From assembly GCA_049521795.1 (NCBI GenBank), contig JBEKOM010000001.1, positions 672,001 through 736,000 on the forward strand: a stretch of DNA of 64,000 bases, given 5' to 3'. Below are positions 55,470 to 64,000 of the stretch, piece after piece (positions within the stretch are counted from its first letter, which is position 1; each line of letters starts with the position of its first letter). The position numbers and the translations under genes are program-made. A model generated the notes under the pieces. That model saw only the letters and a program-made list of their open reading frames with translations, did no database searches and was not told where the DNA came from. The DNA is from Candidatus Bathyarchaeia archaeon (GTDB lineage Archaea > Thermoproteota > Bathyarchaeia > Bathyarchaeales > Bathycorpusculaceae).

Positions 55470-58276
55470 ACTTCTCGCACCGTCCTCTCCAATCTTGAAC
55501 TGTATCTTTTTGCCATGAGAATGACCGGGATGATGGTTGACGCAAAGACGAGTACGAAAGAAATGAACAGAGTCACGATTGCGTCAGGCGGAAAGACCAC
55601 GTGCCTGTTTAAGGGAGTGAATGAATAGCTCACGGAGTTCATGGCGTTGTTTGACGCGACTATTCCGCGTACCACTATGAGTCCCACGATCGTGCCTAGA
55701 AGCATCGCGAACGTGACAACCGTCAAGCTTTCGGTGAGAAGCATAACGAGCAGTTGCTTGAATGATAGCCCTCGAACACTCATGATTGAAGCCTCACGTT
55801 TCCTCTCTCTCAAGCTGACCAACGTGACTAAGGCGGTTCCAATAGAAGCCGCCACCACCATGAAAAGCACACCCAGGCGCAGAATGCTAAGCGGTCCCAT
55901 AACGGAAAGGTTGCTCTGTTGCTCCGTAAGCTGCTCATCCACCGAGGAAACCGAGCTGAGACCGTTTATCCCAGATTCGCGAACCTGATCTGCAACAGCC
56001 TTGCTGTCCGTGCCACTCTGCAACTTGATCAGTATTTTGGCCGAGGCGGAGCGAACTAGGTCTTCTTCTAACTGGTTGTACAGTCCTTCCGGAACATAGG
56101 ACCAGTACTGACCTGGAGTTTGTGCCGATTGAAGCCCGAAAAACCCCACGACCGTCAACTCTTCCGTGTGCACTGCTCCTGTGGATGAGTCACCAAAAGT
56201 CACAGCCACAACATCGCCGACCGTCTTGTTGAGAGCTTCGGCCTGGCCGCGATCCAAAATGATGGTGTGATTGCTTGAATTCATGGCTTCAAAAGCCTTT
56301 TCAACTGAGCTACCGCTGAACAGGTCGTTCTCGTAATAAGCAGTGGAAAGCCATGTTTCTGGGTTCACCGCCCGGAACTGCACCTGCAGCTGAAATGGCC
56401 AAGCACCAAGTGAACCCGTAAAACTGTATTCTGCGATCATAGATTGGACGTGCGACACGTTGTTCCTAACGGCACTCATTATTTGCGAGGCATTTGCCGG
56501 CGAACTCAACGTAAGACTGACGTCCGAACCGACTGCCCAGCGAGCTTCGCGAACAACCAAATCTTGTTCACTCGCCAAGGTTCCAACAACCTGAAAGCTG
56601 TAGCCGATGATGAAGGCTATGAGAAACGCGACGGCGGCGGCGCGAGCAGGGTTCCTCCGAATAGCCTTGGTGGCAAGCTTACCCATATCACCCAAAAACG
56701 AGGCGGCTCTAGCCGTGATTTCCTGGAACTTCAACGACCCACTTATGAAGATTTTCGTGATGCCCCAGAAGAACAGAAACGGCCCGACGTAATTTAGTGC
56801 AAAATCGATAGCAACAACCGTTTCTAACAAGAGGAAGACGAAAGCGTTCGCTCGGAGTCCTCCGGGCGAGCGCATCAATTCCGCTTGAAGATTGATGCCT
56901 AGAAGAAAGACGACCATCTTGAAAGAACCGAGAAGAAAGGCAGCCCAAGGCCACAGCCGCCTGTACGGTTTAACCTCTTCCACGTACACGTATTCTCTCA
57001 GAGCGTCCACTGTGACCATGTTTGAAGCCCTTCTTGCTGACCGATAGACCGAAAGAAAAGTGATGGTGACGGCGAAAACTAACGTCAATATGATGGTGCC
57101 AAGACCCAACACAGGCGCGCCCATCAGTTGGGTTCCGGCGGCCGCAACAAACCATGGAGTAAAAGTGAAACTCAACAGTATGCCCAGCAAACCTCCGAGT
57201 AACCCTATCAGTGCAGCTTCAAAAAGGAACATCCACCAGAGTTGCCGCCTAGAGAACCCCTTGGTCAATAGGAGACCGATTTCTCGTCGTCTCAGGTTGA
57301 AAGACACATCAGAAACCGTCGAGCCCATGTACCAAGCAACAAAAAACACGGGCAAAGCTGCTACGATGAAGATAAAACGCATCCCAAACGACGCGCTCTG
57401 AAAATCGTTCAACGAACCGGCTAGATTGTTTTGAGCAGACAGACCGAAAGTTGAAACCCTTTCGTTGATCTGCGCCGTGATCGCTGCAACCTTGTCAGCT
57501 GAACCAGCGACGTCCCATGGGCTGATGAGGCTCGAGCGGTCAACAAAAACCAGAATCACGGTGCTGAGTGGATTATTATACTGAGATGGAAAACCATACG
57601 CGACATCGAGGAGCTTCGCGAAAGTCTTCTCCCAACTAGTAATCAAGAGATTCGGTTGTGGATAAGAAAACTGGTTCAAAAACGCCAACGAAAGCGCCTG
57701 TTCACCGAGATGAACAAAACCAACTACTTTGAGATTCACAACAAATGATAATGTGTTTAAACTTCCTGTAGCACCCTGCTGGAACACGTAAGAATAGGCG
57801 GTGATGTTTACCGAAAGAACGTCACCAACGTGAATCTTTCCAACGTCAGGGGATTCTGCCCAAACGTAGGTTTCATTTTCTCCCAAAGTGGACGTGTCAC
57901 AGACGAGAGAGTGCTCAGATACCCCAATCAAATTAGTGCTGGTCGTGAAATTGGGTCCCTCAACATAATTGAGACCTGCATTTGTGGAAATCGCCTCAAC
58001 GTGAGTTATGCCTTGCACACTTGATATCGACTTAACAGCATCTGACACGTTTTTTGAGGACAACACCGTATTCCCTGATGGACCATAGTAACCGTGATCC
58101 ACAGAAACATCAACTGGAACTTTGCTCAGCTGTTGATCAAGAGCCTGCCAAGCGGCCGTATCCGCGCCCACGTTGATGCCCGCGAAAAACGTTGATGCCA
58201 AAACGATTCCAAGCAATAAGGCTATGAACAGTCGCCACGAACGAACCAGGCGCTTGAACGTGTACGAAAGCGACAA
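55466..58276 (-). CDS. FtsX/MacB-type ABC permease (two repeats)
   Basis: RRREIGLLLTKG and ERKREASIMSVRG motifs, two large extracellular domains. Confidence 0.88.
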   Translation of the reverse strand: MSLSYTFKRLVRSWRLFIALLLGIVLASTFFAGINVGADTAAWQALDQQLSKVPVDVSVDHGYYGPSGNTVLSSKNVSDAVKSISSVQGITHVEAISTNAGLNYVEGPNFTTSTNLIGVSEHSLVCDTSTLGENETYVWAESPDVGKIHVGDVLSVNITAYSYVFQQGATGSLNTLSFVVNLKVVGFVHLGEQALSLAFLNQFSYPQPNLLITSWEKTFAKLLDVAYGFPSQYNNPLSTVILVFVDRSSLISPWDVAGSADKVAAITAQINERVSTFGLSAQNNLAGSLNDFQSASFGMRFIFIVAALPVFFVAWYMGSTVSDVSFNLRRREIGLLLTKGFSRRQLWWMFLFEAALIGLLGGLLGILLSFTFTPWFVAAAGTQLMGAPVLGLGTIILTLVFAVTITFLSVYRSARRASNMVTVDALREYVYVEEVKPYRRLWPWAAFLLGSFKMVVFLLGINLQAELMRSPGGLRANAFVFLLLETVVAIDFALNYVGPFLFFWGITKIFISGSLKFQEITARAASFLGDMGKLATKAIRRNPARAAAVAFLIAFIIGYSFQVVGTLASEQDLVVREARWAVGSDVSLTLSSPANASQIMSAVRNNVSHVQSMIAEYSFTGSLGAWPFQLQVQFRAVNPETWLSTAYYENDLFSGSSVEKAFEAMNSSNHTIILDRGQAEALNKTVGDVVAVTFGDSSTGAVHTEELTVVGFFGLQSAQTPGQYWSYVPEGLYNQLEEDLVRSASAKILIKLQSGTDSKAVADQVRESGINGLSSVSSVDEQLTEQQSNLSVMGPLSILRLGVLFMVVAASIGTALVTLVSLRERKREASIMSVRGLSFKQLLVMLLTESLTVVTFAMLLGTIVGLIVVRGIVASNNAMNSVSYSFTPLNRHVVFPPDAIVTLFISFVLVFASTIIPVILMAKRYSSRLERTVREV

Positions 58277-58672
58277 GTTTAGTCAACCAACAGTTTAATC
58301 CATGATCAATTTCAGTCTTTTGGTTCAGATGCCTAATCCTTCGCTCGGAACATGAAAGACAAACGATTTCAAGTTGGAAAATGCAGCGTCAATTTGAAAG
58401 CATCTGGAGAGAACAAGTCAGAACCTTCCTTTAAGAAGGAATGTTATGTAGATGAGATCTGTATACGACGTCATGCATTAGAAGAGCATCGAAGTGTGTG
58501 AAACGTGCGCTAGAAAATTGAGGTTCTTGGATTTTGAAAGTGAGAAAAAGGACAATTCAGACATTCTCATATTAGGAAGGCAAGGCTGTTAGTGAAATGG
58601 CCGCGGATATGATAACCAATAGGTCGTTACCCTAAATGTTATTAGGGCTCAGGCAAAATAACTTTCCATTAG

Positions 58673-59620
58673 GTGCCCTTTTTGGCGTCCCATCCGGTCT
58701 TGAACGTTTCGAACGTGACGAAGTATTACGGAAAATTCAAGGCTTTGGACTCTGTTTCTTTCTCCGTAGACAAAGGCTGGGTTTACGGTTATCTCGGACC
58801 AAACGGGGCTGGCAAAACAACCACTATAAGAATTATTCTGGGTCTCCTCAAGCCGAATCAAGGAGAAGTTCAGATAACAGGTGCAAATCCATCCAAAGAC
58901 CCTGTTCAGGCATTCCAGTCTGTTGGATACGCTTCCGAACTTCCAACGCTTCAAACTTTCTTCACTGCAGAGCAATTGCTTGACTTTATGGGCAAAATGT
59001 TTGGGTTGCCCACTCAGACTAGGAAAGAAAAGACTTGGCAGCTCCTCGACCTTGTCGGTTTGAAAGAGTGGGGCAAAAAGAAGATTGGAACCTACAGCAA
59101 GGGAATGGTTCAGAGGCTGTCTGTAGCCCTTGCCCTCATCAACGACCCGATGGTTCTGATTATGGACGAGCCCACCATAGGCATGGACCCGGAGGCCGCA
59201 GTTCACTTCCGAAACCTTTTCATGAATCTCTCAAAGGAAGGCAAAACCATCTTCATATCATCTCACCTCTTGGACGAGGTTCAGCGAATCTGCACTCACG
59301 TCGGAATGATAAACAAGGGAAAGATCGTTTTCAGCGGTCCAATTGAACAAGTCTTAGAAACCTTCACTCAGCAATGGGTGGTGGAAGTCGAGCTTGAAAA
59401 AGTAACTGAAAACATAGTTTCAAGCGTTAAGGCGCTTGAGTCTGTGAGCGATGTTAAGGTGGAAGGAAACAGGCTAGTCATAGGGCTGAAGGAGAAGAAG
59501 GATGTGAGGGGTCAGATTTCTTCAGAAATCTTCAGACAAAAAGGCGTGCTATTGGGCCTGAACCTTCACAAGATCACGTTGGAAGATGCTTATCTCCAAG
59601 CTCTGAAGGGAGGTCAATAG
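58673..59620 (+). CDS. ABC-2-type exporter ATPase
   Basis: GPNGAGKTT, YSKGMVQR, MDEPTIGMD, SSHLL. Confidence 0.92.
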   Translation: MPFLASHPVLNVSNVTKYYGKFKALDSVSFSVDKGWVYGYLGPNGAGKTTTIRIILGLLKPNQGEVQITGANPSKDPVQAFQSVGYASELPTLQTFFTAEQLLDFMGKMFGLPTQTRKEKTWQLLDLVGLKEWGKKKIGTYSKGMVQRLSVALALINDPMVLIMDEPTIGMDPEAAVHFRNLFMNLSKEGKTIFISSHLLDEVQRICTHVGMINKGKIVFSGPIEQVLETFTQQWVVEVELEKVTENIVSSVKALESVSDVKVEGNRLVIGLKEKKDVRGQISSEIFRQKGVLLGLNLHKITLEDAYLQALKGGQ

Positions 59621-59621
59621 C

Positions 59622-60449
59622 GTGGGTGCACTTGGAAGGGTTCGTGTAATTGCTGGATACGAGTGGAAGAGAGCGGTAGCCAAGAAGAGTGTCCTCGCTC
59701 TTGTGATTCTGGCCGTGGCAATTCAGACATTGGTAGTTGTCAGCATCTATGAGTTTTCTCGCTCTTCAGGGACAACGTTCTTGGGCAGTAGTAATGACTC
59801 CATGTGGATTTTGGCTGTGCTGGGGGGAGGGGCCGAAGGGGCCTTCTTTGTTCAGCTGATAGCCATCATTATTGCAGGCGGTTCAGTGTCCGATGAATAT
59901 GAACACGGAACTGCTGACATAATACTGTCTAAACCGATCAGTCGAATTGAATACTTGTTCGGGAAGTTTCTCGGCGGGTTCTCCTTGTTAGCCGTGGTTG
60001 AAGCCCTAATAACCTTCGTAGGCGTTGTCCTTTCAATCGGCTTCTTTGGTGCACAGAGCTACCTGCAATTTGCTCCGTTAATGTTCTTGGCGATGGCGTA
60101 TTCTTCCCTCATCTTCTTCTGTCTATCATTCATGTTCAGCGAAGTTTTTAGAAGAACCACTCTAGCAATCCTTCTGGCCTTCGCAATATACATCGCCTCA
60201 TCAGTTATAACCCCCATCTTGGCCCTCTTCTACGGCACAGTCGAACAGGCTACTCCAACGTGGGCGGCCACAAGCTTTCCAGGGCTTCTGATGAGCGAAC
60301 TGATAACCGCCCGAAATACTGTTCTTCCTCCAGTCGACACTGGAACTCTATACGAAGCAGCATTGATCGTCGCAGTTTACGCCATCATCTTCGTCATCAT
60401 CGCAGCGTACAGGCTCCTCAAGTCGGATGTTACAAAGAAAACAGACTAG
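59622..60449 (+). CDS. ABC-2-type permease
   Basis: EYEHGTADIILSKPISR...GKF, about six TM segments. Confidence 0.88.
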   Translation: MGALGRVRVIAGYEWKRAVAKKSVLALVILAVAIQTLVVVSIYEFSRSSGTTFLGSSNDSMWILAVLGGGAEGAFFVQLIAIIIAGGSVSDEYEHGTADIILSKPISRIEYLFGKFLGGFSLLAVVEALITFVGVVLSIGFFGAQSYLQFAPLMFLAMAYSSLIFFCLSFMFSEVFRRTTLAILLAFAIYIASSVITPILALFYGTVEQATPTWAATSFPGLLMSELITARNTVLPPVDTGTLYEAALIVAVYAIIFVIIAAYRLLKSDVTKKTD

Positions 60450-60569
60450 ACACGATCACGATGTCTGAGCGTCGGGATCGAAAAGCGAGGTTATCATCAG
60501 ATTTCATAGAAGAGTTAAAACTCAAAACCAACCACGTTACGACCCTGAAGTCTTTTTCAGAGTTCTCGA

Positions 60570-61403
60570 CTAGTGGAAAAGCAGCGCGATGAGAGGCGCA
60601 AGACCTAAAGCCACTGGAAAGGGCAGACCAGGAAATATTCCTCTTCTTTCCAGCATCTTGAGGGCCACGAAAGCTCCGATGAGCACGCCTGTGATCGAGA
60701 CAGCACAGAGGACAGGACCTGCGTTGGTCAGAACTAGAGCGGTGAGCATGGAATAAAAGGTCAGGTCGCCCAACCCGATTTGGACATCTCTGAATGACAC
60801 GCTTAGGCCGCGGAGTTGTTCGAGCCCAGACTGAGCTATTTTCCCAACTGGTCCGCGGTAGACGGCGAAAACGTCGTAAGCCGCTAGAAAACTCAGGATC
60901 AAAACTGCGCTCAGGATGGGAATTGACATTCCTAGGAAGGCGCCCAGAGCTCCGCCGAGCAGCAATATTACTAAGCTGTAGACTCTGCCCCGGGCTCGAA
61001 AGATTGCTAGGTCGGCTAGCACGGTGATGGGCACTGATAGGGCTAGAACCAGAACATCGGCGTATGGAACGTTGAAGATCGATAATGCTGCGTAGAGATA
61101 CACCGAGGAAAGCAGGAAGGCTGCGGCTGTGATGGCGAAGCCCGTGATCAGCGTGACCAGCTTGAGGTTCTTTCGTTTCAGGAGCAGGTAAATCAGGGAG
61201 GCGCCGACTCCTGCCAGAATGACAAAGTAGAGTCCGTTGCCTAGTGAGCCTGCGGTGCTCTCTGGAAAAGGCGTGACCGCGATGAGGGAAAAAGGTGCGA
61301 CCAGCACTATTGAGGCGCAGAAGACTCCGACAAGGAGGCTTGCTACTACTGGTAGCAAGTGAATGGGTTCTGCTCTATACTTGTCGTTCAAGGTTCTTGC
61401 CAA
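60570..61403 (-). CDS. presenilin/SPP-like GxGD intramembrane aspartyl protease
   Basis: YDVFAV and GLGD catalytic motifs, PGLP (PAL-equivalent), multi-TM. Confidence 0.82.
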   Translation of the reverse strand: MARTLNDKYRAEPIHLLPVVASLLVGVFCASIVLVAPFSLIAVTPFPESTAGSLGNGLYFVILAGVGASLIYLLLKRKNLKLVTLITGFAITAAAFLLSSVYLYAALSIFNVPYADVLVLALSVPITVLADLAIFRARGRVYSLVILLLGGALGAFLGMSIPILSAVLILSFLAAYDVFAVYRGPVGKIAQSGLEQLRGLSVSFRDVQIGLGDLTFYSMLTALVLTNAGPVLCAVSITGVLIGAFVALKMLERRGIFPGLPFPVALGLAPLIALLFH

Positions 61404-61944
61404 GTCCGGTTATGGCTGCTTCTGCTTTGACTGAGCATCTGCGGCAGAATAAGCTGTGTTTCACGTCTGTTTCGTAGATAGAAGTGGAAAAGTGCATGAC
61501 GCAGAACACGTTGGAACAGTGTTCTAGACCGAAAGTGTGTCCAAGCTCATGAACCGCTTCTTTCACGCTTCTCTCATGAAACAGTTGCTCGTTTGGGAGG
61601 TCTCCGTAGTACTCTGGTCTGAGTCGCCACAGCGAGATCAACGCTGCTTTTCCATTGCAGTCTGCTTGTCCGAAGACGAAGTTCAAGTTCAGAACGAAAA
61701 CGTCAACGTCAGCAACTCCAAGAACTCGGTCGAAGCGACTCTTCTCAGCGTAGCTTCTCACTTTCCCCAGAATAACGTCCGAACGGTGCTGCTCTCTCGT
61801 CTTGTTGAACGCTTTTTCGGGCAATGGAATCTCCCCATCGATTACTGTACATGTTGACTGCGTGAGAATCGTGCTGATGCTCTCTTGAATCCTTTTTGTA
61901 GTGTCAGAATCAACCTGGCCGATGCGCAAGACTCCGATCTTCAT
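61375..61944 (-). CDS. amzA: archaemetzincin Zn protease
   Basis: LNFVFG, HELGHTFGLEHC...CVM, CRRC; start set at MKIGVL. Confidence 0.9.
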   Translation of the reverse strand: MKIGVLRIGQVDSDTTKRIQESISTILTQSTCTVIDGEIPLPEKAFNKTREQHRSDVILGKVRSYAEKSRFDRVLGVADVDVFVLNLNFVFGQADCNGKAALISLWRLRPEYYGDLPNEQLFHERSVKEAVHELGHTFGLEHCSNVFCVMHFSTSIYETDVKHSLFCRRCSVKAEAAITGLGKNLERQV

Positions 61945-61958
61945 CTTCCCTGTTCTCT

Positions 61959-63224
61959 CTAGACCTTGAATGTCTCGCCGGTCTTCGGCGCCGTGGCTTC
62001 GAGTCCCAATTCGGTCCGTGCCCATTTTGCCAAGAGTTCACAGTTTCCCTCTGCCCCGTGGACCACGAAGACTCTCGGTTTTCCGCCGAGTCTTTTCAGC
62101 GCTTCTCGAAGCTCGCTTGCTCCGCAATGGGATGAAAAATCAAAGTGCTCAACGCGAGCTTTGATCTTTCTCATCTTGCCGTCGATGACGCATATACGTT
62201 TCTCAAGCAGTTCCTTCCCAGGTGTTCCCGGAATCTGGTAGCTGACCAGAAACACCGCGTTCTCTGACCTCTTGCCGACCTTTGAAGTGTAAAAGACGGC
62301 AGGGCCACCTTTAAGCATGCCAGCGGGCGAAATGATGACGCCGGGCATTCTCGTGGCTTTTCTCCGGTCTCTCCATCCTTCAACCCAGTTGGTCGCGTGT
62401 ATGGCATCAGCAAAGGCTCTCTCGTCTTTCAGAAACTGCGAGTAGTTCATCATCACCCTGCTCACTTCACGAGCCATCCCGTCGATCGTGACTGGGTGTT
62501 CAAAATGATGAGCAGCCAAAACGCAGGCCAGCTCCTGTGACCTGCCGACTCCGAACGCTGGAACCAAGACTACGCCGCCTTTTTCCACGACTTCTGTGCA
62601 CGAATCCACGAATCGTCTTTCCAGCTCCGAGCGTTCAGTGTGGTCTTCGTTCGCGTACGTGCTCTCGATTATCACGGCATCAAGGTCTCCGTAGCTCATT
62701 TTTGCACCTTCAAGCAGTCTGGTGTTCATGATGTTGAAGTCGCCGGTGTAGAGCAGCCTCTTGCCTTCTGCTTCGATGAGCGTCTGCGTGCTCCCAGGGA
62801 TGTGTCCCGCGTTCTTGAACTGGAATGCCATGTCTCCTACTTTCTGTTCGGAGTCAAAGTCCACGTGCTTGCTGTTCTGCATCATCGACTTCAGTTCCAA
62901 GAATTCAAAAGGGAGGTAATAGCTGGACAGGTGGATGAAGTCTGATATCAACAGCTGATTCAGCTCCATGCTCAGCCTGTTCGTGTAGAGCGGTTTCTTT
63001 CCCTGAATGTAAAAAATCGGTATTGCACCCGAATGGTCCAGATGACTGTGGGACAGAATTATCCCATCAACATCCTTCGGCGGTATGTGCCTAGGAAACC
63101 CAGGTTCATGGTCCAACATAGCCCCATAATCAAGCAAAACCTGAGTTTTTTCAGTCTTAACCGTTATTGCTATCCTGCCAACTTCCTGGGTGCCACCCAG
63201 AAATCCAACTTGCAGCTGTCCCAT
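61959..63224 (-). CDS. beta-CASP MBL-fold ribonuclease (no KH domains)
   Basis: SHSHLDH, AGHIPGS, YTGD, IESTY, GRSQE, FSSH, VVHG. Confidence 0.9.
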   Translation of the reverse strand: MGQLQVGFLGGTQEVGRIAITVKTEKTQVLLDYGAMLDHEPGFPRHIPPKDVDGIILSHSHLDHSGAIPIFYIQGKKPLYTNRLSMELNQLLISDFIHLSSYYLPFEFLELKSMMQNSKHVDFDSEQKVGDMAFQFKNAGHIPGSTQTLIEAEGKRLLYTGDFNIMNTRLLEGAKMSYGDLDAVIIESTYANEDHTERSELERRFVDSCTEVVEKGGVVLVPAFGVGRSQELACVLAAHHFEHPVTIDGMAREVSRVMMNYSQFLKDERAFADAIHATNWVEGWRDRRKATRMPGVIISPAGMLKGGPAVFYTSKVGKRSENAVFLVSYQIPGTPGKELLEKRICVIDGKMRKIKARVEHFDFSSHCGASELREALKRLGGKPRVFVVHGAEGNCELLAKWARTELGLEATAPKTGETFKV

Positions 63225-63266
63225 TTCTTTTCAACCGCTGTTTCAGTAAACATGCCCTACGCTGTT

Positions 63267-63872
63267 TTAAAAACGTATTGACTTTCCAGTCGAAAAAGGT
63301 TTCACCAAACCTTTCTTAATAGCCTTAAGAACCTCATCAACATCCAGAGAAGCTTGAATTTCATTACAGACAGTCCACAGTTCATCAACGTTGTGAGCGT
63401 CGCTGCCCGCAACGCCGGGGAGGCCCATTTCTTTAGCCAGGTTTTCAGCCAGCTTATTCGCATGAAGCGATGTGGAGCCGTTCAGAGTCTCAATAGCGTC
63501 GACAGCGTAGAGTTTGGCCGCGCTTCCCAGACCGTACTCTCTGTACGGGTGTGGAACAATGGTCACACCGTTTTTTTCCTCGGCAAAACTGATCACATCA
63601 TTCACGTTCCATGGTTTGGGAGGGGCTTCATCTGTGCCCAAGACTATTAAGTCGCCCAGTGGTGTGCCTATTTCAATCCCTGGAATCACAAGAACGTCTG
63701 AATACGCAGAGGCCAATTCTCTGACCTTATTGTAGCCTTCGACCGTGTTGTGATCAGTTATGGCTATTGCTTTGATTGATTGGTGAGAGTAAAGCTGGTC
63801 TACCAGCGACTTCGGGTTTATTGAGGAATCAAACGAGTATTTTGTGTGTATGTGCAGATCGGCTTGGATCAA
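63267..63872 (-). CDS. PHP-domain metallophosphoesterase
   Basis: DLHIHT.YS.D, ITDHN, PHPY, GSDAH. Confidence 0.9.
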   Translation of the reverse strand: MIQADLHIHTKYSFDSSINPKSLVDQLYSHQSIKAIAITDHNTVEGYNKVRELASAYSDVLVIPGIEIGTPLGDLIVLGTDEAPPKPWNVNDVISFAEEKNGVTIVPHPYREYGLGSAAKLYAVDAIETLNGSTSLHANKLAENLAKEMGLPGVAGSDAHNVDELWTVCNEIQASLDVDEVLKAIKKGLVKPFSTGKSIRF

Positions 63873-63882
63873 CCTTGTTTCC

Positions 63883-64000
63883 TCAGTTTCTGGGCAGAAT
63901 TTTCTCTAAAAGCGTCAGCAGGGCCTCTTCTTGCTCTTCATCAGTGTTGAAGCATTGAAAACTCGTTTTTCTTTTCAAACAGGCTTTTCTGGACGCTTTC
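63883..64000 (-). CDS. C-terminus of an unidentified protein (partial)
   Basis: Open frame ...KASRKACLKRKTSFQCFNTDEEQEEALLTLLEKILPRN* ending just upstream of the PHP gene. Confidence 0.45.
   Translation of the reverse strand, partial: KASRKACLKRKTSFQCFNTDEEQEEALLTLLEKILPRN

Noticed and set aside
100-63958. Many antisense and alternate-frame ORFs in the track (e.g. 3381-4199, 5687-6502, 22863-23483, 32488-33354, 41546-42214)
   Set aside because: They shadow well-supported genes and have no recognisable motifs

Overview
Archaeal window, most likely Bathyarchaeia (inferred from gene content, archaeal-type CODH/ACS, AGGTGA/GGAGG Shine-Dalgarno sites and a PEF-CTERM protein; no mcr here). It has four parts. 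(1) 1-17 kb: two divergent heterodisulfide-reductase operons (hdrA[double]-mvhD-hdrC-hdrB-mvhG-mvhA, and hdrC-hdrB-hdrA'-hdrA''-mvhD-wHTH without a hydrogenase), plus an ADP-forming acyl-CoA synthetase-GNAT fusion. (2) About 17.0-37.8 kb: a mosaic metal/redox accessory region with two P-type ATPases, an ArsR-adjacent operon (stand-alone HdrA-N-like domain, ferredoxin, four DGC-domain paralogs, GcvH-like lipoyl carrier) followed by ArsC, HxlR and DUF134 units, and CDF/MFS transporters. Its intergenic spacers repeatedly carry (GC)n tracts, and an imperfect ~40-bp direct repeat brackets most of it. (3) 37.9-51.3 kb: cooC-cooC-cdhABCDE, cooT, and a MetV-MetF fusion next to a tandem ferredoxin-MvhD protein. 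(4) 51.4-64 kb: TatD, a surface beta-propeller protein, two ABC systems and a PHP/beta-CASP/archaemetzincin/presenilin-like operon. The best candidates for undescribed biology are the 4xDGC-GcvH-mini-HdrA operon and the (GC)n-delimited cassette-like organisation. All calls are motif recognition by eye; no searches were run.
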